Source: Candidatus Merdenecus merdavium
Lineage (GTDB): Bacteria > Bacillota > Clostridia > Lachnospirales > Lachnospiraceae
Length of the DNA stretch: 38,173 bases
NCBI GenBank assembly: GCA_018715425.1
Contig: DVLR01000139.1
Location: forward strand, 1 to 38,173
Direction of reading: 5' to 3'
The translations under genes and the position numbers were made by a program. Positions 15,666-25,714 of the stretch are shown here, one piece after another. The notes below the pieces were generated by a model that worked only from the letters and a program-made list of their open reading frames with translations, was not told where the DNA came from and did not search any database. Positions within the stretch are counted from its first letter, which is position 1; each line of letters begins with the position of its first letter.

Positions 15666-15748
15666 TTATAAAGTTTAGTAATATATGTATAAATTAGTTC
15701 AACTTCATACTGTTCATCATGCTCCAATGTATGAAAGAGGTGGATATT

Positions 15749-16051
15749 TTGAAATATATAAAGGACAAAAATTTAGTTAAACTGTTGTTGATTGTATTGC
15801 TGCTATGTATATTTTTATTTATTAGGTTAAGTAAGAAGAAAAATTATATAGATGGTGTAGTTTTAAAAAAAATTGAAAATGTTATCACGATACAATCGGA
15901 AGATGATTCTAAATTTACAATTACTATGGAAGAAATAAAGGATAAAAATGTAAAGGTAGGTGACATAGTAAGGGTGGAATATATTGGTGAAATTCTAGAA
16001 ACATCTCCCGCTAGAATCAATCATGTAAAAAACATCCACATAATTAAATAA
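15749..16051 (+). CDS. Small membrane-anchored protein (DUF3221-like?)
   Basis: The ORF was trimmed to a TTG lying 6 nt after GAGGTG, giving MKYIKDKNLVKLLLIVLLLCIFLF (a signal-anchor). An ATG start at 15731 is also possible. The tail ..VGDIVRVEYIGEILETSPARI.. resembles DUF3221. Confidence 0.55.
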   Translation: MKYIKDKNLVKLLLIVLLLCIFLFIRLSKKKNYIDGVVLKKIENVITIQSEDDSKFTITMEEIKDKNVKVGDIVRVEYIGEILETSPARINHVKNIHIIK

Positions 16052-16212
16052 AGAGTAGGAAGTTATCAATTCTATTTACCAGTCCAACATGATCTAAGGT
16101 TTGTACAGGTTCAGCAGAATTTTTAGCTATTTTATATTATATATTAATTTGTATATAGTTAAAGTAGTTTATCTATTGAAGTTAGGAAGATATTTATTTA
16201 AGAGAATTTCAT

Positions 16213-16239
16213 AGCGGAACAGAAATATGCTGTTCCGCT
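16213..16239. terminator. Hairpin downstream of the permease gene
   Basis: AGCGGAACAG / CTGTTCCGCT form a 10-bp stem with a 7-nt loop. The U-tract is weak on both strands. Confidence 0.45.
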
Positions 16240-16252
16240 GATCGGATAAGGA

Positions 16253-18580
16253 TCATGAATTTCCTATTGCTTCGATGATAGACTGGTTTTTCCATGAATG
16301 AATAAGCAATAGAATCATCGAGCTTTCAAGGATAAGCATACCAACAACAAACAGGATAAAGGAAGTGATGGGAAATACGAATCCTCTGGACATACCTGAA
16401 TTTTTTAAGCATATACCAATTAGATATCCTCCTGGTACTCCGAAAACAACAGTGATTAGAATGGAAATTAAAGTATTAAAAAGTCCTTCCAGAGCAAAAG
16501 ATTGTTTCAATTGTTTATTCGTCATACCAATGGATTTTAGTATTCCCATTTCTTGTTTCTGAGCTAAAAAGTTTGTAATAGTAAGATTGATTTGGTTGAT
16601 CGCCGCAAATATCCATAAAACAGCTGATATTGCATATGCCAGTGCGAAGCCTGTACTATTAGCGGATTGATGTTCTGTGATAACATCTTGAATCGTTTGT
16701 AAGTAGACATCATTATTTCCAGAAATGAAACCTTTAAGTTTCTGTTCAACTATTTCGTAGCTTTCAGGTTTCTCCTGTATCTCTATTGCGTAAGTACAGT
16801 CATAGCCCGCAAGTTCTTTCATCATTTTTTCTGGCATTCTAAAGATATAACCACCCATTCCATCTCCATTTGAAGTAATCGCACTGATCTTGAAATCTTT
16901 TGTTATTATTGTTCCGTTGCTATGTTGAAAACTAAGGGACACGAAATCTCCAATTTGTGGATCCCAATGGTACACATCATAGATACGGTTAGGATCACTG
17001 ATAATTAACTCAGTTTCATCAGTGATACTTCCCGATAAAGTGGAAGAATTTAAAAAATCAATATCCTTTTCATTGTAGCCAAGTAACAAAGTGTTATCAT
17101 AAATATTATTGTCTGTAGAAAACTCAACTGGTAATGCAGAGTAGGAAAATATATTTATAATTTCCTCCATATTTTCAATACGTTTCACATAATCAGAAAA
17201 ATATTCTCTTTGTAAAAGAGTATTGATATCTTTACTGTTATCTTCCAAATCCACACTGATTTTAAAATCTCCGTATCTCATATCCCAATAACGAGCCATG
17301 CTCTTTGCGTTAAAAGAACTCTGGTAACTTGCGGAAAGAAAGAATATAACCCCACACAATCCCATTGATAAAATAGTCAATAGAGACTTGTTACGATTTC
17401 TAAAAAAACTAATTTTTGCTAAATATGCAGGTGAGATATGATGGTTTTTGTGTTTATGATAAGTTATAGTTTCTATTTGATTTTTCAAAGCGGAAATAGG
17501 TGAAGTGTTAGCTGCGATTTTTGCAGGTTTACGAATACTAATATAAACAAGAAGTATTCCAAAAAGGCATGATCCCAACAATGAAAGGATAAATGCGGAG
17601 ACAGACCAACCCTTTGGTTGTAAATAATAGCTAATCATTGTTCCAATCATACTTCCAATTAAAATGCCTGGAAATCCAAGGATATATCCTTGTTTGAGGA
17701 CCATCTTATAGATTTGCTTTTTACTTGCGCCTATTGTCCGTAGTTGTCCGAACTCTGTAACCTTATGTCCAACAGAAATATAGAAAATACTATAAATTAC
17801 AAGAGAAGCAGATAAAAAGAGGATAGCGGCGACTACACCATATACCGCATAATGATTAAATGAAAGATTTGCATTGGCATCGTAGTAATTGCTGACTGTC
17901 CAATCATTTAGTCCAGTATTTTCTGAAATTTGAGATAATATCTCTGTGGCTTCATCTTTAGTAAAAGTATCAGCGTTTTCAATCCAAACATATCCATTGA
18001 GTAAGTCATTTCCCTTCAATTCCTGGAATTTAGAAAAGGAAACGAAAACAGGATAAGCGGAGGTATTTTCATCATGGAAGATACCAACGATAGTATAGTC
18101 TTTCAAAGTTCCATCAATATTCAATGGAATGATAGTATTGATTTCTGGAGGATTATTTTCACTGGTAAAAAAGGTGTCTGTAACAGCAATTTCGTTTGAT
18201 TTTTCTGGATATTTTCCATTAAAGTTAGGAATAAAATGAAACATGGTATTATCGTAGTAAATCAAAGATAAATTTTTAGAGTTTTCTTGAACCGTTTTTA
18301 TATTATACGAAAGGCCAACATTTTTCACATTTTCTTCGGATAATATTTTTTCTTTACTGTCCAACGTAACATGAAAGAAAATTCCTTGATGTAAATCTTT
18401 GATTTCTGTTTGATTTTGTTGAATTATGTTTTGTACCGTGAGTAATGACATCATGATCATTGCAACGGCTACAATTATTGCCGAAAGGCAAAATAAGTTT
18501 TTCTTCTTGTCAAAGTGAATACTTTTTTGTGCTAATTTTTTGATTACAGCACTGGTATCATTTTCAAAAGCCCATATCAT
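16253..18580 (-). CDS. ABC transporter permease, FtsX family (MacB/BceB-like, two FtsX modules)
   Basis: 775 aa with an SD GAGGAGG. It has an N-terminal TM helix, a large extracytoplasmic region, and two clusters of TM helices with FtsX-type loops (..GQLRTIGASKKQIYKMV.., ..GILKSIGMTNKQLKQSF..). Confidence 0.9.
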   Translation of the reverse strand: MIWAFENDTSAVIKKLAQKSIHFDKKKNLFCLSAIIVAVAMIMMSLLTVQNIIQQNQTEIKDLHQGIFFHVTLDSKEKILSEENVKNVGLSYNIKTVQENSKNLSLIYYDNTMFHFIPNFNGKYPEKSNEIAVTDTFFTSENNPPEINTIIPLNIDGTLKDYTIVGIFHDENTSAYPVFVSFSKFQELKGNDLLNGYVWIENADTFTKDEATEILSQISENTGLNDWTVSNYYDANANLSFNHYAVYGVVAAILFLSASLVIYSIFYISVGHKVTEFGQLRTIGASKKQIYKMVLKQGYILGFPGILIGSMIGTMISYYLQPKGWSVSAFILSLLGSCLFGILLVYISIRKPAKIAANTSPISALKNQIETITYHKHKNHHISPAYLAKISFFRNRNKSLLTILSMGLCGVIFFLSASYQSSFNAKSMARYWDMRYGDFKISVDLEDNSKDINTLLQREYFSDYVKRIENMEEIINIFSYSALPVEFSTDNNIYDNTLLLGYNEKDIDFLNSSTLSGSITDETELIISDPNRIYDVYHWDPQIGDFVSLSFQHSNGTIITKDFKISAITSNGDGMGGYIFRMPEKMMKELAGYDCTYAIEIQEKPESYEIVEQKLKGFISGNNDVYLQTIQDVITEHQSANSTGFALAYAISAVLWIFAAINQINLTITNFLAQKQEMGILKSIGMTNKQLKQSFALEGLFNTLISILITVVFGVPGGYLIGICLKNSGMSRGFVFPITSFILFVVGMLILESSMILLLIHSWKNQSIIEAIGNS

Positions 18581-18594
18581 AGGGTGCTACCTCC

Positions 18595-19260
18595 TCAGTC
18601 TACAATCTTTCCGTCCTCAATACGAATCATACGATCTGCAAGGCAGGCAATATCGTTATTGTGAGTAATCATAACTACGGTTTGATGAAACTTTTTGCTG
18701 GTATGCTTGATAAGAGCCAATACTTCGGCACTGGTCCTGCTATCAAGATTGCCTGTCGGCTCGTCAGCAAGCACGATTTCCGGTTTGGTAATCAAGGCGC
18801 GAGCAATTGCCACACGCTGTTGCTGCCCACCAGAGAGGGTGTTTGGCATACTGTCTTGCTTATCTTCTAGTCCCAGAAGGTGTATGATTTCTCCCATAAA
18901 ATCTTGATCTACGGTATCGCCGTCTAGCTCTACTGGTAGAACGATGTTCTCATACACATTTAGAATTGGAACAAGGTTGTAATTCTGAAAGATAAATCCA
19001 ATGTTACGTCGGCGAAAAATGGTAAGTTGTTCATCGTTCTTCTTTGATAATTCTTCTCCATGGATAATCACGGTTCCATTGGTAGGGGTGTCCAGCCCGC
19101 CCATCATGTGAAGGAGGGTAGACTTTCCACTACCAGAGGTTCCAACAATGGATACAAACTCTCCGTCTTCTATGGAAAAGTTTACTCCATCAAGAGCACG
19201 GGTGATATTTGGTTTTATGCCATAATACTTTTTCAGATCAATAGTCTGTAAAATGCTCAT
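18595..19260 (-). CDS. ABC transporter ATP-binding protein (MacB/BceA type)
   Basis: 221 aa counted from the ATG at 19260 (SD AAAGGAG). Motifs are Walker [10 protein letters not shown], signature [15 protein letters not shown] and Walker [13 protein letters not shown]. Confidence 0.93.
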   Translation of the reverse strand: MSILQTIDLKKYYGIKPNITRALDGVNFSIEDGEFVSIVGTSGSGKSTLLHMMGGLDTPTNGTVIIHGEELSKKNDEQLTIFRRRNIGFIFQNYNLVPILNVYENIVLPVELDGDTVDQDFMGEIIHLLGLEDKQDSMPNTLSGGQQQRVAIARALITKPEIVLADEPTGNLDSRTSAEVLALIKHTSKKFHQTVVMITHNNDIACLADRMIRIEDGKIVD

Positions 19261-19314
19261 ATTCAAAACTCCTTTCAAAGTGTCTTGTATCTGGATAAAA
19301 TCATTGTAAAACCC

Positions 19315-19334
19315 AAATGTTACAGAAATGTCCG
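19315..19334 (-). promoter_or_regulatory. Candidate response-regulator box upstream of the ABC operon
   Basis: The minus strand reads CGGACATTTCTGTAACATTT, with two ACATTT cores 11 bp apart. It overlaps the -35 region of a TACAAT -10 (19303-19308). The same 11-mer and 9-mer recur at 21196-21217. Confidence 0.5.
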
Positions 19335-19433
19335 AGGTGCTAAAAATTCATTAAAAATTAGGATAAAGTGTTATGAAGCATGGATATGTAAAAAAATATG
19401 GCAGATAGCTCAAAAAAAACTGTCCTCCATATT

Positions 19434-20465
19434 TTACTTTAAAGGAAGCATAATAGAAAAAGAAGAACCATGACCAGGACTTGAAATGACTTTAATATAG
19501 CCACCCTGCCGTGTCACAATCTCACGGGAAAGATAAAGACCAATCCCAACGCCCTGTTGTTGGTGTACTTCTTCTTCACGGTAGAAACGTTGGAAGATAG
19601 AAGCCTGATTGTTTTCAGAGATACCTTTGCCAGTGTCTGTCACTTTGATTTCTACATACATTTCCCATGGCACTACTGATACAGAAATTTTACCGCCTGG
19701 GGGTGTGTACTTTACTCCATTGTCTAACAGATTAAAAAGGGCCTCCGCTGTCCATTTGCTGTCATGGGAAAGCATCAGATCTTCTGGACAGTCCACCGAG
19801 ACAGCAATTTCTTTTTTTTCAGCTTCATATACAATTCCGCTCATGGCTTGTGCTACTGTGTCAAATAAATAGCATGGTTTCCTTTCCAGTCGGATGATGC
19901 CTATTTCCAATCGGGAGGATTTTACAAGAGCTTGAAAGAGAAAATCTAGCTTATCTGCTTGCGCACGTATCCCCCGAATAAAATCGGTGCGTTCCCCTTC
20001 GGTTACTGCCCTTTCAAGGAGGGTGTCTGTCACCATCTTCAAGTTGCTCACTGGTATTTTTACTTGATGGGAAATATCTGATACAAGAGTTTGAAGCTCC
20101 TGCCGTTCTTCATCCACTCTGCCAAGATTTTCTTGCATGATCTTGTACAGACGGTACAGTCGGTGATTGATACGGGCAATCTGGGTTTCACTGTCCTCTG
20201 GATGTTTCGGTGCTTTATTCCCATTGATCATATGGTCGAGGGTCTGGCATAGATCAGAGGTAAACAACACTAGCCACTTTCCAAATACATGTGTCAGCGC
20301 AAAGATCCAGATAAAGGCGCAAAGGAGTAGTGCCCCGCTTACCAGTAGTACCACCGTTTGTTTTGTAATAAAAAATATCACAGCTGTGATCGCTAACATA
20401 GACAAGAACAGTCCTGCCATTATCCAACAAAATAGCTGCTTCACCGAGAGATTGTTGAATTTCAT
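19434..20465 (-). CDS. Sensor histidine kinase (intramembrane-sensing type)
   Basis: 343 aa. Two N-terminal TM helices are joined by a very short linker. It has the H-box DISHQVKIPVSNL and the N/G boxes NLLDNGVKYT and TDTGKGIS..GVGIGL. The start overlaps the RR stop (ATGA). Confidence 0.9.
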   Translation of the reverse strand: MKFNNLSVKQLFCWIMAGLFLSMLAITAVIFFITKQTVVLLVSGALLLCAFIWIFALTHVFGKWLVLFTSDLCQTLDHMINGNKAPKHPEDSETQIARINHRLYRLYKIMQENLGRVDEERQELQTLVSDISHQVKIPVSNLKMVTDTLLERAVTEGERTDFIRGIRAQADKLDFLFQALVKSSRLEIGIIRLERKPCYLFDTVAQAMSGIVYEAEKKEIAVSVDCPEDLMLSHDSKWTAEALFNLLDNGVKYTPPGGKISVSVVPWEMYVEIKVTDTGKGISENNQASIFQRFYREEEVHQQQGVGIGLYLSREIVTRQGGYIKVISSPGHGSSFSIMLPLK

Positions 20466-21154
20466 TTTATCTCACCTCCCGTCCATTGATACCCCATACC
20501 GTAAATGGTTTTAATGTAAGGGGGACCACCATCTGCTTCGATCTTGCCACGAATCCGGCTAATGGAAGTTGTCAGAGTGTGTTCGTCCACAAATTTCTCG
20601 TCAATATCCCACAGTTTTTCTAAAAGATGCCCACGGGTTAACACTTGTCGAGGATTTTTACGGAACAGATTTAACATTTTAAACTCCATTGTGGATAATA
20701 TTAAGGGATTGCCATTTAGGGTCGCAGTTTGTTCAGAAAAATCTAAGAATAGCCACCCATCGTCGTAAATATCCTTTGCTGGTTTATGGTGCTCTAGCAT
20801 GGAAAACATGGCTTTGATTTTTCGTTGCAAAGCCCCAATGACAAAGGGTTTTGTAATATAGTCCACCGCACCTACTTCATAGCCTCGTATCTGATCGTTC
20901 TCCTGATCGTTGGCGGTTAGGAAGATCACGATGGTATCTGGTTGCTGGGGCTTTATCTGCTGGCATAATTCAAAACCATTTCCATCTGGAAGGTTAATGT
21001 CTAGCAGTACTAAATCAAAATCCCGCTGATGGAGGGCTTCGGTGGCACTTTTGGCATTTAAGGAAGAGGTCACACTGTAACCGTCAGCGATGAGGTTATA
21101 GGATAATATCTTATTCAAAAAACTGTCATCCTCCACAATTAAAATCTGCTTCAT
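20462..21154 (-). CDS. OmpR/PhoB-family response regulator
   Basis: 230 aa counted from the ATG at 21154 (SD AGGAAG 8 nt upstream). It has a receiver domain (ILIVEDD...LVLLDINLPDGNG) and a winged-helix C-terminus (..LTTSISRIRGKIE..IKTIYGMGY). Confidence 0.93.
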   Translation of the reverse strand: MKQILIVEDDSFLNKILSYNLIADGYSVTSSLNAKSATEALHQRDFDLVLLDINLPDGNGFELCQQIKPQQPDTIVIFLTANDQENDQIRGYEVGAVDYITKPFVIGALQRKIKAMFSMLEHHKPAKDIYDDGWLFLDFSEQTATLNGNPLILSTMEFKMLNLFRKNPRQVLTRGHLLEKLWDIDEKFVDEHTLTTSISRIRGKIEADGGPPYIKTIYGMGYQWTGGEIK

Positions 21155-21195
21155 TTTTGTCACTTCCTTTGTTTTTTTTAGATAGTATAACAGGA

Positions 21196-21217
21196 AAATG
21201 TCCGCAAAATGTTACAG
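21196..21217 (-). promoter_or_regulatory. Candidate response-regulator box upstream of the RR-HK operon (autoregulation)
   Basis: The minus strand reads CTGTAACATTTTGCGGACATTT, with two ACATTT cores 11 bp apart. It overlaps the -35/spacer of a TATACT -10 (21184-21189). It is also part of the inverted repeat TGTCCGC/GCGGACA. Confidence 0.5.
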
Positions 21218-21534
21218 CGGACAATAAAAAAGATTCTGTTTTTTATTATATTACAGTCTCATATTCAAAACAAGGTGATTAGAGCATCAATGATATTCTA
21301 CCACTAGCTTGGGTTGGATCTAATAGAATTTACTTTGTGACAGTGGAAGTACGAATGAAAAAAGATTTAAATATATAAAATAGAAAGATTAAAAATTGGA
21401 CAATCAGATTATTATTTAGTCTAAAATGAATTTCTAAACAAATGATATCTAAATAGTGAACGTAATATCCAATAGAGGTATAGAAAGATGATAGAAGAAT
21501 ATATAAAATAAAAAGAAAAAGCAAAGGAGACATT

Positions 21535-23856
21535 ATGCAGGCAAATTTAATGATGACAAATTGGATATGGACTCCCCAATGGACTTTTTTGGATAACGAA
21601 AATCCCCAATTTGTTTTTTTTCGGAAAAGCTGTACATTTGATGGAGAACAAACGATCAATCTGAAAATTTCTGCTGATTCCAGATATAAGCTATATGTAA
21701 ATGGAAATTTTATTCAAGAAGGTCCAGGAAAGGGGAATGAACAGTATTGTTTTTATGATGAAATTGATTTATCATCTTATTTAAAAAAGGGAGAAAATAC
21801 AGTAGCAGTCATTGTTCTAAGATATCCGTCGGATTTAAGTCGCAGAAATCATAGTATCTGCCGTTCAGAGATTCCACATTTGTATATAGAAGAAGAGAGT
21901 TCAGGAAAAGATAAACAGTTAAACGGAAAATCAGGATGGAAATGTTCACTGATTCGGCACATCCGTCTTGTTGGTGAGAATGCTCGCCCTGCACCTCTTC
22001 ATATATTGGAACATGGATCTGGCTGTGCCAAATACGCTGGATGGATGGAAAACGGATTTGATGATTCAAATTGGAAAGATGCAGTTCCATATACTATTTT
22101 CCAGATAAATAGAGCAACCATTCCAGGAAATATGGTAAAAAATCCGTTACCTGCACAGCGTCATATTCCCGGTCATTTGATAACAACAGTATGTCTGAGA
22201 GAAGAGGAAAACATTGTCACAGATGTAAATCGGTTGTCTGGATGGAATAAAATGCTGGCAGGGGAAGGTGTAATGGTAATACCTGCCCATACAAAAGTTC
22301 ATGTTGAAATCAGTGCAGGTGAACTGATGACAGGGTATCTAAAGTTTGTATGTCAAGGAGGGGAACAAGCTAAGGTAACGATACATTGTGCAGAAGCCTA
22401 TTCTTATCCAGAACAGAAAAAAGAAGGATCCCAGGTTCCTAAAAAGGGAGATAGAATTGATTTTATTAATGGGAAATTATGCGGATATGAAGATATATAT
22501 CTAGTTGGAGGCTGGGGTAATAAAGAGCGGCCAGAGGTGTATGAACCATTTTGGTTTCGGACATTTCGCTTTATAGGAATTACCTTAGAGACAAAGAGTG
22601 AACCACTGATTATTCAAAATTTTACTTACACAGAAACTGGATATCCGTTGCAAGTAATGACAAATGTGGAGACATCGGATTCATCTTTGCAGGATATCTG
22701 GGATATTAGCTTAAGATCACTGAAACGCTGTATGCATGAAACCTATATGGATTGTCCATTTTATGAGCAGCTTCAGTATGCCATGGATTCTCGGGCGGAA
22801 ATTCTTTTCACTTACCAGGTTGCTGCAGATGACCGTATGGCGAGAAAATGTATGGAGGATTTCCGGATTTCACAGAGATATGATGGTATGATTACTTGTA
22901 GTGCACCTTCGGTAAGAGCCAATGTCATTCCTGGTTTTTCTATTTTTTATATTCTTATGGTCTACGATCACATGATGTATTTTGGAGATAAAGGACTGGT
23001 TAAAACCCATATGCCTTCCATTGATCGTATTTTATTGTATTTTGAAGAGCGCATCGGAAAGAGTGGAATGCCAGAAAATCTGGGTGGTCTATATATGCGT
23101 CATTCATATTGGTCTTTTATTGACTGGACAGAGGAATGGAATCAAACGTCAGGTGTTCCTACTGCAATAACAAGGGGTCCTATTACCATGGAAAGTCTTC
23201 TTTATGTAATGGGGTTGCAAAATGCAGCAATGTTAGCGGAATATATAGAAAAGCATGAAACAGCACAAGAATATAGGATGCGAGCAGAGAAAATCAAGGA
23301 TATAATCAGAGAAAAGTGTATTGGTGAAGAGGGATTACTTCAGGACGGTCCTGGAATAGATGAATATAGTGTACATTGTCAGGTGTTCGGTATCTTAACA
23401 GGTGTGCTGGACCATCAGGAAGGAAGAAGTAATCTGAAACGTACCATCAATAAAGAGGGTTATGCTCAATGTTCAGTGGCAATGAGTTTCTACTTGTTCC
23501 GCGCCCTGGAATTAACAAATTTATATGAAATGGCAAATAAAATCTGGGATACATGGAGAAATATGTTAGGACAGCACTTGACAACTTGTGTGGAAAATAC
23601 TACTGATGAACGTAGCGATTGCCATGGATGGGGAGCAACAGCTTTGTATGAGCTGCCTGCAGTAACGCTGGGAGTACGTCCTGCATCACCTGGATATGAA
23701 AAAGTTCAGATTCATCCCATTCCAGGATATCTGGATTATGCTAAAGGTGATGTAATTACACCAAAAGGAATGGTTCACGTGGAATGGAAAAAGAGAGAAG
23801 ATGGAGAGATAAACGTAAGCTGCCATCTTCCAGAAGGAATGGAGGAATATAGATGA
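21535..23856 (+). CDS. GH78-like (alpha-L-rhamnosidase-related) six-hairpin glycoside hydrolase
   Basis: 773 aa with an SD AAAGGAG. The N-terminus WIWTPQW..FFRKS....ADSRYKLYVNG and the central MDCPFYEQLQYAMDSR are typical of rhamnosidase-family proteins. Substrate specificity is not inferable. Confidence 0.75.
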   Translation: MQANLMMTNWIWTPQWTFLDNENPQFVFFRKSCTFDGEQTINLKISADSRYKLYVNGNFIQEGPGKGNEQYCFYDEIDLSSYLKKGENTVAVIVLRYPSDLSRRNHSICRSEIPHLYIEEESSGKDKQLNGKSGWKCSLIRHIRLVGENARPAPLHILEHGSGCAKYAGWMENGFDDSNWKDAVPYTIFQINRATIPGNMVKNPLPAQRHIPGHLITTVCLREEENIVTDVNRLSGWNKMLAGEGVMVIPAHTKVHVEISAGELMTGYLKFVCQGGEQAKVTIHCAEAYSYPEQKKEGSQVPKKGDRIDFINGKLCGYEDIYLVGGWGNKERPEVYEPFWFRTFRFIGITLETKSEPLIIQNFTYTETGYPLQVMTNVETSDSSLQDIWDISLRSLKRCMHETYMDCPFYEQLQYAMDSRAEILFTYQVAADDRMARKCMEDFRISQRYDGMITCSAPSVRANVIPGFSIFYILMVYDHMMYFGDKGLVKTHMPSIDRILLYFEERIGKSGMPENLGGLYMRHSYWSFIDWTEEWNQTSGVPTAITRGPITMESLLYVMGLQNAAMLAEYIEKHETAQEYRMRAEKIKDIIREKCIGEEGLLQDGPGIDEYSVHCQVFGILTGVLDHQEGRSNLKRTINKEGYAQCSVAMSFYLFRALELTNLYEMANKIWDTWRNMLGQHLTTCVENTTDERSDCHGWGATALYELPAVTLGVRPASPGYEKVQIHPIPGYLDYAKGDVITPKGMVHVEWKKREDGEINVSCHLPEGMEEYR

Positions 23857-25696
23857 AATATTATTGCAATCCCCTTAATGTTCCATATCGATATCAGTTT
23901 AATATGGATCCGCGATTACAGGGAACATTACAGATCAACAGGGAGGCGGCAGATCCGTCCATGATCTTTTTTAAAGGAAAATACTATATCTTTGCATCTA
24001 TGAATTTGTCGGTATGGGTGTCGGAGGATATGGTGACATGGAACACCTATTGGCTTCCCAAAAACCTTCCTTTGTATGATTATGCACCAGATGTGAGAGT
24101 ATGTGGGGAATATGTTTATTTCTGCGCATCTAAAAGAGGAGAAAACTGTAATTATTACCGTACAAAGGATATTGTTCACGGACCATACGAGGAGATTCAG
24201 GGGACATTTGATTTTTGGGATCCCCATCTGTTTCAGGATGATGATGGGCGCATGTATTTTTACTGGGGGTGCTCTAATATTACACCAATATGGGGTGTGG
24301 AATTGGATCCCACCACAATGGAGCCCAAAACAGAACGTCTGGAATTAATCTCTGGAGAGGGATATGAAAGAGGATATGAAAGAGTGGGTGTAGATCATTG
24401 TGAATTTCCACGTAGTGAAGAGGAAGTTGAAGGAATGCTCCTTGCATTTTTAAAACAAAGAAATATGTCTCTAGAACAAATACCTAAGGAAAATAGTTCT
24501 ATGGTTAGAGGTATGTTTACAAGACGTCCATTTATTGAAGGACCATGGGTAAATAAATATGAAGGAAAATACTATCTCCAGTATGCCTGTCCTGGAGCAG
24601 AGTTTCATGTGTATGCAGATGGAGTTTATGTAGGAGAGACACCCCTGGGACCATTTAGACTGGCAAAAAATAATCCGTTTTCATACCATCCAGGAGGATA
24701 TATGCCAGGGGCTGGACATGGATCTACCATGTGGGATCGGGAACATAATCTGTGGCATACATCTACTATGCGAATCAGTGTCAATCATCAGTTTGAGCGC
24801 AGAGTCGGCATCTGGCCCGCAGGATTTGATCGAGATGGAGAACTATTCTGCAATCAAAATTACGAGATTGGCCAATTGCAGTTGCAGAAGGGAAAATGGA
24901 TCCCTGGAGAGAACCAGAATGGTTTCTGCTGGACTATGCAAAACCGGTAAAAGCATCTTCGTCAGCGGAAGGAAAGGGGCCAGATCAGGCGGTCAATGAA
25001 GATGCAACGACCTGGTGGCGAGCGAACACGGCAGATAGGGGTCAATGGCTGGAAGTAGATTTGGAACATACTATGGATGTGCGTGCTGTACAAATCAACT
25101 TTGCAGATGATGAACTTCCCATAGAATCGCCAGGAGAGATTCGTGGTAATGCTGCACAGCCACGGTATATTGAGGAGAGAGAGCTGACAACCCGATGGAT
25201 ATTGGAAGGGTCTGAAGATGGTATTACCTATTTTATGATTGAAGATAAGTCACAGGCAGATACAGATCTGCCCCATGATTTGATTGTCAGGGAGGATGGT
25301 ATATCTGTGCGGTATCTGCGTCTGACGATCTTAAAAATTCCATACGATGTAACTCCTTGTATATCGGGATTTCGAGTATTCGGAATCGGAACAGGAGAAA
25401 AACCATCCATCCCAGTTTTCACGGCTGACAGAAGTGAAGACGCATTAGACTTGCTGGTTGAAATCCAAGGGAAAAACGATGCTGTTGGATACAATATTTT
25501 GTGGGGACACGAAGAAGCAAAACTATATCACAGTTATCAGATATACAGAAAGCCAGAAGATGTACAGGATGGAAAAGAGACTGGCATAAAGCAGAAAATC
25601 GGAGCTCTTGTAAAAAATCAAGATTACTTTGTACGGGTGGATGCTTATAATGAAAACGGAATTACCAAAGGAACTACAGTTAAGCTGAAACGTTAG
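23853..25696 (+). pseudogene. GH43 glycoside hydrolase fused to an F5/8 type C (discoidin) domain, interrupted by a 1-nt frameshift
   Basis: The GH43 N-terminus (YCNPLNVPYRYQF, EAADPSMIFFKGKYYIFAS) is in frame 0 up to ..FCNQNYE. The expected continuation DWPIAVAEGKMDPWREPEWFLLDY...TWWRA..QWLEVDLEHTMDVRAVQINFADD is in frame +2, starting at 24866. The total span of 1844 nt is 3n+2. Confidence 0.8.
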
Positions 25697-25714
25697 GATG
25701 AGAAAGGATTGGAT

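Noticed and set aside
5657-16100. I searched by eye for a direct repeat of the tRNA-Arg 3' end (..GGTTCGATTCCTGCAGGGGACG) that would mark attR of the island.
   Set aside because: None was found. A mismatch-tolerant computational search is needed before concluding that the repeat has been lost.
21330-21659. A 109-aa minus-strand ORF in the AT-rich spacer that overlaps the GH78-like start.
   Set aside because: It is hydrophobic low-complexity translation of AT-rich promoter DNA. It overlaps a gene with a strong SD and conserved N-terminus.
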